A stretch of 64,000 nt of DNA, from contig VBFR01000184.1 in assembly GCA_005889345.1 (NCBI GenBank), forward strand, positions 9,784 to 73,783, read 5' to 3'. Below are positions 7,910-16,244 of the stretch, one piece after another. The position numbers were made by a program, and so were the translations under genes. Below the pieces are notes generated by a model that did not search any database, was not told the origin of the DNA, and was given only the letters and a program-made list of their open reading frames with translations. This DNA is from Chloroflexota bacterium (GTDB lineage Bacteria; Chloroflexota; Dormibacteria; CF-121). Numbering within the stretch: position 1 is the first letter of the stretch; every line of letters starts with the position of its first letter.

Positions 7910-8422
7910 GTGAGCCTCAGCACCCTGTACCTGCGCCTCCGATATCCGCGCCACATCTTCGGGCCCGGCTTTACGGGTCCCTGGCGGCTGCGCATCCGTG
8001 GCCGCGGGCGGGTTGCCTTCGGTCGCGACGTCCGGGTCCGCAACGCCTCCGGTCGCACCGCCCTGCTCACCTTTGGCGAGGGCGCGCGCATCGAGATCGG
8101 CGACCGCGTGGAGATCGATGGTGCGGGCCTGATGTCGGCCAGCGCCATCGTCGTAGGCGACGACGCCATCCTCGGTCCGTGCCTGCTGGTGGATACCGAC
8201 TTTCACGCCGTTGGTCGGGAGCGCCGCCAGGGCGCAGAAGCCGTGACGCGGCGCCCGATCCGGATCGGACGCAATACCTGGATCCAGGGCAAATCGACCG
8301 TCCTTAAGGGCGTGTCGGTGGGGGAGGGGGCGGTGGTCCGATGGGGAGCGCTCGTTGCCGGTGACGTCGCGCCAGGCGCGATCGTGATGGGAAACCCGGC
8401 GGTGGCGGTGGCGGAGCCCTAA
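7910..8422 (+). CDS. Hexapeptide-repeat (left-handed beta-helix) acyl/acetyltransferase
   Basis: GTG start. Contains IRIGRNTWIQGKSTVLKGVSVGEGAVVRWGALVAGDVAPGAIVMGNPA, the typical LbH transferase C-terminal region. Confidence 0.8.
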   Translation: MSLSTLYLRLRYPRHIFGPGFTGPWRLRIRGRGRVAFGRDVRVRNASGRTALLTFGEGARIEIGDRVEIDGAGLMSASAIVVGDDAILGPCLLVDTDFHAVGRERRQGAEAVTRRPIRIGRNTWIQGKSTVLKGVSVGEGAVVRWGALVAGDVAPGAIVMGNPAVAVAEP

Positions 8423-8592
8423 GGGTTGACCACGGCGCCGGCGATGTTGCAGTAGGTGTTTCTGACCTGGTTGCCCAGCACGATCAAGGTCACCAGGATG
8501 ACGCACACTACGAGCACCATGATCAAGGAGTACTCGATCAGGGCCTGGCCGTTCTCACGGTTCTGCAAGCCCAGTCGCATCCGGATTCGCAT
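8419..8592 (-). CDS. flp: Flp/Fap-family type IVb pilin precursor
   Basis: NRENG|QALIEYSLIMVLVVCVILVTLIVLG matches the Flp prepilin motif G/xxxxEY followed by a hydrophobic helix. The track ORF (to 8676) probably over-extends. Candidate starts are ATG 8592, 8580 or 8625. Confidence 0.8.
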   Translation of the reverse strand: MRIRMRLGLQNRENGQALIEYSLIMVLVVCVILVTLIVLGNQVRNTYCNIAGAVVNP

Positions 8593-8765
8593 CGCGAGCA
8601 GCGTGATCAGTGGTGTGATGTCCATGGGGATTGGTGGCCGTAGCCCGAGTATGAGCCTATAACGCCACGACCCCATGCTTTCAGACGGCTCGTGGCGGGA
8701 TCGTCGCTACTTCGTTATGGTCCGCGTCGGGCGCGTTTTCCGGCGTACCCCAGCCCGAGATCGCA

Positions 8766-8906
8766 CTAGCGGGCGCTCGAGCGCTGGACCAGGTAGGTGA
8801 CGACCGCCAGGTATTCCTCGGAATCGGCGGACCCGACCCAGCGGGTTTCGTCGGTGGTCCGCCCGAAGAGGGCGAAGAGCTCGCTCAGGGTCAGCTTCTC
8901 GGACAT
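8766..8906 (-). CDS. Small ORF 1 (46 aa), novel, paralogue of small ORF 2
   Basis: Not in the track (<60 aa). Sequence MSEKLTLSELFALFGRTTDETRWVGSADSEEYLAVVTYLVQRSSAR. G/C at third positions is very high. Differences from the paralogue are mostly synonymous third-position changes. Confidence 0.65.
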   Translation of the reverse strand: MSEKLTLSELFALFGRTTDETRWVGSADSEEYLAVVTYLVQRSSAR

Positions 8907-8972
8907 CTTGATACCTAACGAGTACTTAACTTAACAGAGATACTATCACAAGTGCCAGGTGCGCGGCCAGCG

Positions 8973-9095
8973 TCAGCGGGCGTTGTTGCGCTGTACCAGG
9001 TAAAGGACGACGGCCAGGTATTCTTGCGAATCCGCCGAAGCAACCCAGCGGGTGTCCTCCGCGTGGCGGCCGAAGAGGCTGAAAACGTCTGACAT
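8973..9095 (-). CDS. Small ORF 2 (40 aa), novel, paralogue of small ORF 1
   Basis: Not in the track. Sequence MSDVFSLFGRHAEDTRWVASADSQEYLAVVLYLVQRNNAR. It shares LFGR..(D/E)TRWV.SADS.EYLAVV.YLVQR..AR with ORF 1. The overlapping track ORF 8915..9118 is in another frame. Confidence 0.65.
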   Translation of the reverse strand: MSDVFSLFGRHAEDTRWVASADSQEYLAVVLYLVQRNNAR

Positions 9096-9248
9096 GGTGA
9101 GTCGTTGTGGCTCGTCAAGCATGGTACGGGGCCCCGATGAGGGTGAAACGAGGCGGCGCGCGCGATCCTTTCACGCTGCGTGAAAAAATCGCCACAGGTC
9201 AGCCGCAGTCCGTCGACGGAACTGCGGGTCGAACTCGATGCCGCTGGG

Positions 9249-9254
9249 TAGAAT
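9249..9254 (+). promoter_or_regulatory. -10-like box TAGAAT, 9 nt upstream of ATG 9264 (possible leaderless transcript)
   Basis: TAGAAT-ttcccgcag-ATG, with no Shine-Dalgarno in between. Confidence 0.35.
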
Positions 9255-9263
9255 TTCCCGCAG

Positions 9264-9980
9264 ATGCTCTTCTGGAGCTGGAGTTACTTTCTCTATGTCG
9301 CTCTGCCCATCATGGTGCTCGGCTTCATCGCGAGCGGCTGGGTCAAGCGCACGTACCAGCGCTATGCCCAGGTTCGCAATGCCAGCGGGCTCACCGGGGT
9401 CGACGTGGCTGCGCGCATCCTCGCCGGGGCGGGCCTTCGCGATGTCACGGTCCAGGTGATCGACGGCGAGTTGAGCGACAACTACGACCCCCGCAATAAG
9501 ACCCTGAATCTCTCGCAAGCGGTCGCCCGCGGCACGTCGGTCGCGGCGGAGGCGGTGGTCGCCCACGAGATCGGCCACGCGCTGCAGGATCACCAGGGCT
9601 TCTTCGCGATGCGGATTCGGTCGAGGCTGGTTCCGGCCGCCAACCTCGGGTCGCAAGCCGGTCCCCTGATCGTCATCGCCGGTCTTCTGCTGTCCGTCTT
9701 TACGGGTACCGCTTTCGGCTTCTACGTCGCGCTGGCCGGACTGTTCCTCTTCGCGGCTGTCGTCCTCTTCCAGCTGGTGACGACCCCTGTCGAGCTCGAC
9801 GCGAGCCGGCGCGCGCTGCGCCTCCTTGCCGAGAACGGCGTCATTTATCCGCAGGAGCAGGAGGGCGCGCGCCGGATGCTCCGTGCCGCCGCCTTCACCT
9901 ACTGGGTCGCCCTCTTCGGTGCCGTAGTGACCCTGCTGTATTACGCCTCGCTGGTGTTCGGAAATCGCCGTAGCGACTGA
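9264..9980 (+). CDS. YugP-like membrane zinc metallopeptidase (Zn_peptidase_2 family)
   Basis: N-terminal TM helix, DNYDPRNKTLNLS, the HEIGHALQ zinc motif and C-terminal TM helices. Confidence 0.85.
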   Translation: MLFWSWSYFLYVALPIMVLGFIASGWVKRTYQRYAQVRNASGLTGVDVAARILAGAGLRDVTVQVIDGELSDNYDPRNKTLNLSQAVARGTSVAAEAVVAHEIGHALQDHQGFFAMRIRSRLVPAANLGSQAGPLIVIAGLLLSVFTGTAFGFYVALAGLFLFAAVVLFQLVTTPVELDASRRALRLLAENGVIYPQEQEGARRMLRAAAFTYWVALFGAVVTLLYYASLVFGNRRSD

Positions 9981-11052
9981 GCACGCGGCCTTCGCCACAG
10001 CCGACCCCACGGATGTTCTCACCCGCCTAGCCGCAGCCGGCGAAGCGCCGTACCGCGCCGACCAGGCCCGACAGTGGTTCTGGCAACGGCTAGTTGCGTC
10101 ATTCGATGCCATGCGAACGTTGCCGCCATCGGCGCGACGCCACCTTGCCGAGTCGTTCGTGTTCAGCACCGTGGGGACGCAGATGAAGCGCGCGGCGGAT
10201 CGCGGTCAGACCGTCAAGTACCTCTTCAAGCTGGCAGATGCGCGGACCATCGAAACGGTGGTGATGCACTACGAGGCGACCGCCCGCTCGCGGGCGCGGA
10301 CCACGATCTGCGTCAGCTCGCAGGTGGGATGTCCCATCGGATGCAGCTTCTGCGCCACCGGCCAATCCGGCTTCGATCGAAACCTCAGCGAAGCCGAGAT
10401 CGTCGACCAGTTCCTCGTGGCCAGCCGCGATCTAGGAGAGGCGCAGCGCTCGGTGACGAACGTCGTCTTCATGGGAATGGGGGAGCCGCTCAACAATTAC
10501 GCCGCCGTGGTGGGGGCGATCCGACGCTGGGCCCGTCCGGACACCCTCAATTTCAGCCCGCGCCGGGTGACGGTATCGACCATCGGGCTGGTGCCTTTCA
10601 TCGAGCGGCTCGGTGCCGAGGGATTGCCAGTCAACCTGGCGATCTCCCTGCACGCGCCCGACGATGCGCTGCGCAGCAGCATGATCCCGGTCAATCGCAA
10701 GTACCCGATCGCCGCGATCGTCGGCGCCGCAAGGGCTCACGCGGAACGAACCGGCCGGCGCACGAGCTACGAGTACGTCCTGCTGCAGGGCGTCAACGAC
10801 AGTCCGGAGCAGGCCCAACGCCTGGCCACCGTGGTAGGTCGCCACCTCAGCCACATCAACCTGATCCCGATGAACCCCATCGATGGCAGCGCGCTGGCAC
10901 CACCGTCGAAGTCGCGTGCCCAGGCGTTCCAGTCCATTTTGCAGACCGCCGGCATCTCGACCACCATCCGCGCCACACGCGGGCTCGACATCGATGCCGC
11001 CTGCGGTCAGCTGCGCGCCCGCCAGCTGCATGCGGCGACCTCGCCGACCTGA
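9964..11052 (+). CDS. rlmN: 23S rRNA/tRNA adenine-C2 methyltransferase RlmN (radical SAM)
   Basis: Contains CVSSQVGCPIGCSFCATG (CxxxCxxC), MGMGEPLNN and DIDAACGQL. The track ORF starts at ATG 10111, but the same frame upstream encodes the conserved RlmN N-terminus (GEAPYRADQARQWFWQR). The start given here (ATC 9964) is a guess. The conservative coordinates are 10111..11052. Confidence 0.9.
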   Translation: MAVATEHAAFATADPTDVLTRLAAAGEAPYRADQARQWFWQRLVASFDAMRTLPPSARRHLAESFVFSTVGTQMKRAADRGQTVKYLFKLADARTIETVVMHYEATARSRARTTICVSSQVGCPIGCSFCATGQSGFDRNLSEAEIVDQFLVASRDLGEAQRSVTNVVFMGMGEPLNNYAAVVGAIRRWARPDTLNFSPRRVTVSTIGLVPFIERLGAEGLPVNLAISLHAPDDALRSSMIPVNRKYPIAAIVGAARAHAERTGRRTSYEYVLLQGVNDSPEQAQRLATVVGRHLSHINLIPMNPIDGSALAPPSKSRAQAFQSILQTAGISTTIRATRGLDIDAACGQLRARQLHAATSPT

Positions 11053-11558
11053 TGCCACTTCGTGGCATCTTCTTCGACGCCGGCAATACCCTCGTCGTCG
11101 AAGAGCCCGGTAAGCATCTCTGGGAGATGGCGATCAAGCCGATCCCTGATGCCATCGAGGTCTTGACCGCGCTCAAGCCTCACTACCGGCTGGGCGTCAT
11201 CTCCAACACGGTGGGATCGGGCGACGCCGAACTCGTGGAGGCGCTGGAAAAGGCGGGGATCCGGCCCTTGATCGATGCGCTCGTCACCTCGCGCGACTTC
11301 GGCGCGGCGAAGCCGGATCCTGCGATCTACGCGGAGGGCGCCCGCCGGCTCGGCGTAGAACTGGATGCGACCTTGATGGTCGGGGACCGGCTGGACACCG
11401 ATATTGCCGGGGCGCTACGCGCGGGCATCCCGGCGGTTTGGCTGCGCCACCCCGGAGCCATCCCGATCCCGTGGATTGCGCCGACCCATGTCATCGATCG
11501 CCTGGCGGAGTTGCCCACCTGGCTCCACGCCACATATCGGCCGAAGGGAACAGCCTGA
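11052..11558 (+). CDS. HAD-superfamily hydrolase
   Basis: ATG shares 1 nt with the rlmN TGA (TGATG). Motifs FFDAGNTL (DxD-type motif I), VISNT (motif II), KPDP and GDRLDTD. This is the last third of track ORF 10074..11558. Confidence 0.85.
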   Translation: MPLRGIFFDAGNTLVVEEPGKHLWEMAIKPIPDAIEVLTALKPHYRLGVISNTVGSGDAELVEALEKAGIRPLIDALVTSRDFGAAKPDPAIYAEGARRLGVELDATLMVGDRLDTDIAGALRAGIPAVWLRHPGAIPIPWIAPTHVIDRLAELPTWLHATYRPKGTA

Positions 11559-11584
11559 CGCCGCCGATATACTCAAAGAGTCCA

Positions 11585-12427
11585 ATGAAGCGGTTCCTGG
11601 CCAGCATGCTGACGATCGTGGCCCTGGCGGCCTGCGCCTCACCGCTGGCCAAGGCGGAAACTCCGCAGCAGGCATTAGGCAGTGCGGCGCAGCGAGCCAG
11701 CCAGCTGCACTCGGCGAAGTTCGACCTCCTGGGCAGCGTGAGGATGACGTTCCCCGCCGAGATGGGCGCGATGTTCGGCCAGAGCGGCGGCAGCGCGGGC
11801 TCACTCGCGCTGGACATGACGGGCAACGGCGAGGCGCAGTTCCCCGACCGCTACCACGCGACGGTCAACGCCAAGCTGGCCGGCTTCTCGGTGGCGACCG
11901 AAGTCGTCGTCGCCAATGGCAAGGCCTACGTGAAGAACCCGGTCAACGGCAAATGGGAGAGTTCCGCTCAAGGCGGCCTGAGCGGGCAGCTGAGTCAGCC
12001 TGACCCGCTCTCCTACGAGCAGCTCCTTCGGAACGTGAAGTCGATCAAGGACCTGGGCGATACCACACTGGCGGGTACCACCGTGCATCACTACCAGCTG
12101 ATTCCCGACAAGGACAAGCTGATCGCCAGCTTCGACAAGGCGGCGGTCAAGAACCCGCAGGCCAAAGCGGCCATCGAGCAGGTCCTGAACGGCGGCACCA
12201 TGACGGTCGAGGTGTGGTTTGGCAAGGACGACCACCTGGTTCGTCGCGTCACGACGGACGCCGACTACACGGTGGACCTCAGCCAGTTGATGGGAGCGCT
12301 GGGCGCACCGAGCAGCTCGAGCAGCCCGGTGCCGGCGGGATCGACGATCCATGCCACGGCGCACATCCAGGTCAACTACCACGACTTCGACGCTCCGGTG
12401 ACGATCACCATCCCGACAATCGGCTAG
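11585..12427 (+). CDS. Secreted lipoprotein, LolA/LppX-like fold suspected
   Basis: MKRFLASMLTIVALAAC is a signal peptide plus lipobox. The mature part is rich in beta-strand patterns. The family assignment is tentative. Confidence 0.6.
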   Translation: MKRFLASMLTIVALAACASPLAKAETPQQALGSAAQRASQLHSAKFDLLGSVRMTFPAEMGAMFGQSGGSAGSLALDMTGNGEAQFPDRYHATVNAKLAGFSVATEVVVANGKAYVKNPVNGKWESSAQGGLSGQLSQPDPLSYEQLLRNVKSIKDLGDTTLAGTTVHHYQLIPDKDKLIASFDKAAVKNPQAKAAIEQVLNGGTMTVEVWFGKDDHLVRRVTTDADYTVDLSQLMGALGAPSSSSSPVPAGSTIHATAHIQVNYHDFDAPVTITIPTIG

Positions 12428-13068
12428 TGCTGGTCGCCCCGTCGCTGCTGTCGGCCGACTTCAGCCGGCTGGGTGAGGAGGTTGCCGCCCTCGAGCAGGC
12501 GGGTGCCGATTGGGTGCACTTCGATGTCATGGACGGGCACTTCGTGCCGCCCATCACGATCGGTCCACGTACCGTGGAGCACTGCCGGCGCTACGCCAAG
12601 GTGCCCTTCGACGTCCACCTCATGATCGAGAACCCGGAGCGCACCATCGAGGCCTTTCGCGACGCCGGCGCAACAACGCTCTCGGTGCATGTCGAGGCGA
12701 CGCGGCACATCCACCGGGTCCTCGAGACTATCCGCAAAGCCGGCTTGAAAGCCGGCGTCTGCCTCAACCCCGGGAGTCCGCTGGCGCTCGTCGAACCGGT
12801 CCTCAAGAACGCCGACCTGCTGGTCGTGATGTGCGTGAATCCCGGCTGGGGCGGGCAGAAGTTCATCGATGGGAGCCTGGAACGGATCAAGGCCGCGCGC
12901 GCCCTGCGTGACCGGCTCAACCCCGGGCTCGACATCGAAGTCGACGGCGGCGTCAATGCGGAGACCGGGCCGCCGTCAGTCGCGAATGGTGCCACGGTCC
13001 TGGTCGCGGGGAGCTTTGTTTTCAGCCACCCACAGGGGAAGAAGGCCGCGATCCAGGAGTTGCGCTAA
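12427..13068 (+). CDS. rpe: Ribulose-phosphate 3-epimerase
   Basis: GTG overlaps the upstream TAG (TAGTG). Contains APSLLSADF, HFDVMDGHFVP, DVHLM, MCVNPGWGGQKF and VDGGV. Confidence 0.93.
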   Translation: MLVAPSLLSADFSRLGEEVAALEQAGADWVHFDVMDGHFVPPITIGPRTVEHCRRYAKVPFDVHLMIENPERTIEAFRDAGATTLSVHVEATRHIHRVLETIRKAGLKAGVCLNPGSPLALVEPVLKNADLLVVMCVNPGWGGQKFIDGSLERIKAARALRDRLNPGLDIEVDGGVNAETGPPSVANGATVLVAGSFVFSHPQGKKAAIQELR

Positions 13069-13076
13069 GGCGAACG

Positions 13077-13811
13077 CTACTCGCTGGTGGGCATGTGCAG
13101 GTACATCGACTGGATGCCGACCCGTCCCGGACCGGTGAAGCGGTTCCAGATCATGTTGCCGCCGCCGCCGAAGATGCCGGTTTTCAGCCCGAACATCTGC
13201 ACGTCCATGCGAACGCTTTCATCGCGGTAGACCCAGCCGCCCGGTTCGATATCGATCTGCTCGTTCTGGGCCAGCTCCTTCTGGAAAACGTTCCCGTAGC
13301 CGTGCAGCCAGAGGACACCTTCCTGGTGGCTCGCGTTGAAGCGATCGACGAAGAATCCCGTCGAACCTAAAAGCATGTTGCTCACACCCTTAACCCGGTT
13401 GAAGGTGTAATCAAGATTTCCCGTTGCCGCCAGGAACTGATGCTCCCGAACGAGCACCGCGGTTCCAGGCATCAGGTGGAGGGGAAAGAGATGACCCGCA
13501 CCATCACGCGAGAACGCGATCTCACCCGGACCCTGTGCCTCGGTGAGAAAGATTGGCATGCCGGCTACCATCCGCTTGAAGGCGCCTTTCATCGCACGAA
13601 TGCCGATATTGAGCGCTGGATCCTTCCAGAGCACGACGTGGTGCTCGAAGTACACCGGCACCGTCCCGTCGAGCCAGGTATGGAGCACGGGGACCAACTC
13701 GCCGTCGATGCGGTATCTGATGCCAGGCGCCTGCGCATCCTCGAGTTTCGTGGGAAGGAGCTGCGGCGGTTTTTGCATCCTGGCACTCACTGCAACTCGA
13801 CCGTCCGTCAA
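13077..13811 (-). CDS. AIM24 family protein (DUF124)
   Basis: Shows the typical AIM24 pattern: FLAATGNLDYTF...GFFVDRF...GVLWLHGYGNVF...IDIEPGGWVYRDESV...GGGGNMIWNRFTGPGRVGIQSM. Confidence 0.8.
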   Translation of the reverse strand: MTDGRVAVSARMQKPPQLLPTKLEDAQAPGIRYRIDGELVPVLHTWLDGTVPVYFEHHVVLWKDPALNIGIRAMKGAFKRMVAGMPIFLTEAQGPGEIAFSRDGAGHLFPLHLMPGTAVLVREHQFLAATGNLDYTFNRVKGVSNMLLGSTGFFVDRFNASHQEGVLWLHGYGNVFQKELAQNEQIDIEPGGWVYRDESVRMDVQMFGLKTGIFGGGGNMIWNRFTGPGRVGIQSMYLHMPTSE

Positions 13812-13841
13812 AACCGGCGACTGCCGGCGACGCGCTAGGGA

Positions 13842-14027
13842 CTAGGCCGACTTGGCCTGGGTTCGGAGGCAGCGGGTACAGACGAGGGCGGTCTGGGTGC
13901 GGCCGTCGATCGTGACCCGCGCCTTGTGCAAATTGGGCATGAAGCGGCGCTTCGTGTGCACCTTCGAGTGGCTCACGTTGTGCCCGTATTGGGGCCCCTT
14001 TCCGCAGATCGAGCAGCGTTGTGCCAT
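13842..14027 (-). CDS. rpmB: 50S ribosomal protein L28
   Basis: [38 protein letters not shown]... This is an internal Met of track ORF 13842..14216. Confidence 0.92.
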   Translation of the reverse strand: MAQRCSICGKGPQYGHNVSHSKVHTKRRFMPNLHKARVTIDGRTQTALVCTRCLRTQAKSA

Positions 14028-14103
14028 GGTGTTGGTTTTCTTCGGCGCCTCCACGAACATCGCGTATGATTGAGGCGAAATCAGCGTCACATAGTAGCAC
14101 ACG

Positions 14104-14520
14104 ATGGACTCAAAGACGAAGGCCAACCCGTCACGCGCCGGGAAGCCGCCGAGGACGCTGATCCAGGCCAGAGACCTCGGGCGGATCGAGGTGTCGCGCC
14201 ATGTCGTCGCCACCATCGCCGGGCATGCGGCGGCCGGCTGCTACGGCGTCGTCGCCATGGCGGCCCGCGGCCTGCGCGACGGCCTGGCCGAGCGGCTGCA
14301 TCGCGACAAGTTGCATCGCGGCGTCGAAGTGGAGGTGCGCGAGGACGGGATCGCCGTCTCCCTCTACGTCATCGTCGAGTACGGCACCCGGGTCTCAGAG
14401 GTGGCCAACAACCTCTCGAATGCGGTCCGGTATTCGGTCGAGCGGACCCTCGGACTCCCGGTCGTGGAAGTCAACGTCAACGTCCAGGGGATCCACGTCA
14501 GCGGGAGTGGCGGCAGCTGA
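14104..14520 (+). CDS. Asp23/Gls24 family envelope stress protein
   Basis: Contains [18 protein letters not shown]...GVEVEV...[17 protein letters not shown]...V....[10 protein letters not shown]. Confidence 0.88.
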   Translation: MDSKTKANPSRAGKPPRTLIQARDLGRIEVSRHVVATIAGHAAAGCYGVVAMAARGLRDGLAERLHRDKLHRGVEVEVREDGIAVSLYVIVEYGTRVSEVANNLSNAVRYSVERTLGLPVVEVNVNVQGIHVSGSGGS

Positions 14521-14548
14521 AATCCCGAGCCTGACCGGCGCCGCGACC

Positions 14549-16156
14549 ATGCCCATCACCGAATGCGACGGACGCCTGTTCAAAGAGGCCCTGCTCGGCT
14601 CGCTCGCCTGGCTGACGGTAAACCGCGACGAGGTCGATTCCCTGAACGTCTTTCCAGTTCCGGACGGGGATACCGGCACCAACATGCTCCTCACCTTGCA
14701 GTCGGCGGTCGAAGACATCCGCGACGTCGACGACGCCGATCTCTCGCGGACGGCCAAGCGGGCGTCGCACGGCGCGCTCATGGGCGCGCGCGGAAACTCG
14801 GGGGTCATTCTCTCGCAAATCCTGCGCGGCTTCTGCGTCGGCATCGGCACCAAACCGAAGGTTGATGCGCGCGGCCTGGCCAGCGCATTTCGCGAGGGAG
14901 CGGACGTCGCCTACCGGGCCGTGATCAAGCCGACCGAAGGCACCATGCTGACCGTGGCCCGAGAAGCCGCTGCGGGCGCTGAGGCAGAGGCCGCGAAAAC
15001 CACCAACCTAACCGACGTCGTGCGTGCGGCCTGCGTCGCGGCCGCCGCTGCGGTGGAGCGGACACCCGACCAGCTACCCATCCTCAAACAGGCGGGCGTG
15101 ATCGATGCCGGGGGATTCGGGCTCCAGTTGATTCTGGAAGGCTTTCTCAAACGAATGCGTGGCGAAGCCCTGCAGAGCTTCGAGCGGCCGGCGACCCAAC
15201 ACGCGCGGCCGAAGGCCGTCGAGGCGCCGGCGGCGGGGTGGGGCTACTGCACCGAGTTCATCATCAACGGCGATGGGCTCGCCGTCGATGACGTGCGTGC
15301 CGAAATCCAACGGCACGGCGAATCGGCCCTTGTCGTCGGTGACGAATCGGCCATCAAGGTCCACGTCCACACCCAGGAGCCCGCGGTCGTGATCAGCTAC
15401 GCCAGCGGTGTCGGACAGCTCAGCCGGCTGAAGGTCGACGACATGTCGTCGCAGCACCACCGGCTTCAGGGCGACAGCATCCGGCGGCCGGCCAGCAGCA
15501 AGCACCTGGCGCTGGTCGCGGTGGCGAGCGGCGACGGCTTCCGCCGCATCCTCGAGAGCCTGGGGGTTGACTCGGTCGTGGGCGGCGGCCAGACGGTCAA
15601 TCCCTCCACCGAGGACATCCTCGCCGCGGTCGAATCGGTGCCATCCAATGACGTCCTGCTGCTCCCCAACAACGGCAACGTCGTCATGACGGCGCAGCAG
15701 GTTGCCGAGCTGAGCCGCAAGCGCGTCCGGGTGGTGCCGTCGCGCAGCTTGCCGCAGGGCATCGCGGCGCTCTTCGCCTTCGACTTCAGCGCCGACCTGG
15801 AGGCCAACGCCAGTGCGATGTCACACGCGCTCAGCCAGGTGCAGACCATCGAGGTGACCCGGGCAGTGCGGGCGAGCGAAATGAACGGGCTGACGATCGC
15901 CGAAAACGATGTCATCGGCTTGCTCAACGATCGCGTCGTGGTCGCCGGCGAATCGCCGGAGAAGGTCGTAAAGGACGTCCTCGCGCGCATCGACGCGGCC
16001 AAGGTCGCAACGGTGACGATCTATGCCGGTGTCGACGCGCCGGAAGCCGAGCGCGAGGCCCTTACCACCTCGGTGGCCAAACAGTTCCCGAAGGCGTCGG
16101 TCGAGCTCCAATCGGGTGAGCAGGCGCTCTATCCGTATATCGTGGCGGTTGAGTAA
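14549..16156 (+). CDS. DAK2 domain fusion protein YloV-like
   Basis: LNVFPVPDGDTGTNMLLTL is the Dak2 phosphatase-domain signature, followed by a C-terminal DegV-like/uncharacterised domain. An alternative GTG start lies at 14507. The track ORF start 14201 is out of register with asp23. Confidence 0.88.
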   Translation: MPITECDGRLFKEALLGSLAWLTVNRDEVDSLNVFPVPDGDTGTNMLLTLQSAVEDIRDVDDADLSRTAKRASHGALMGARGNSGVILSQILRGFCVGIGTKPKVDARGLASAFREGADVAYRAVIKPTEGTMLTVAREAAAGAEAEAAKTTNLTDVVRAACVAAAAAVERTPDQLPILKQAGVIDAGGFGLQLILEGFLKRMRGEALQSFERPATQHARPKAVEAPAAGWGYCTEFIINGDGLAVDDVRAEIQRHGESALVVGDESAIKVHVHTQEPAVVISYASGVGQLSRLKVDDMSSQHHRLQGDSIRRPASSKHLALVAVASGDGFRRILESLGVDSVVGGGQTVNPSTEDILAAVESVPSNDVLLLPNNGNVVMTAQQVAELSRKRVRVVPSRSLPQGIAALFAFDFSADLEANASAMSHALSQVQTIEVTRAVRASEMNGLTIAENDVIGLLNDRVVVAGESPEKVVKDVLARIDAAKVATVTIYAGVDAPEAEREALTTSVAKQFPKASVELQSGEQALYPYIVAVE

Positions 16157-16244
16157 CGCCTCAAACGCTCGCATGGCACTAAAGCGCCGCTCGCGTGGGC
16201 CGGCGGGCCCGCTGATGAGACAAACGAGCATGGAGGAAGGTCGC

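Noticed and set aside
7709-8506. A 265-aa minus-strand ORF spanning the tRNA-Leu gene and the acetyltransferase
   Set aside because: It runs antisense through a tRNA gene and a motif-supported LbH transferase. The product has no motifs and low complexity.
8766-9095. The idea that the two small ORFs are extra Flp pilin paralogues (they contain S-A-D-S-x-E-Y followed by LAVV.YLV)
   Set aside because: There is no Gly at the required -1 position relative to the EY spacing. The hydrophobic stretch after EY is only about 8 residues before a charged C-terminus, which is too short for the pilin helix.
8915-9118. A 67-aa minus-strand track ORF covering the sORF2 region
   Set aside because: It is in a different frame from the one conserved between the two paralogous small ORFs. 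The substitution pattern between the copies (third-position synonymous changes) supports the 40-aa frame, not this one.
10074-11051. The N-terminal two-thirds of the 494-aa track ORF 10074..11558
   Set aside because: It is out of frame with, and fully overlaps, rlmN, which has unmistakable radical-SAM motifs. Only the last 169 codons (from ATG 11052) form a HAD hydrolase.
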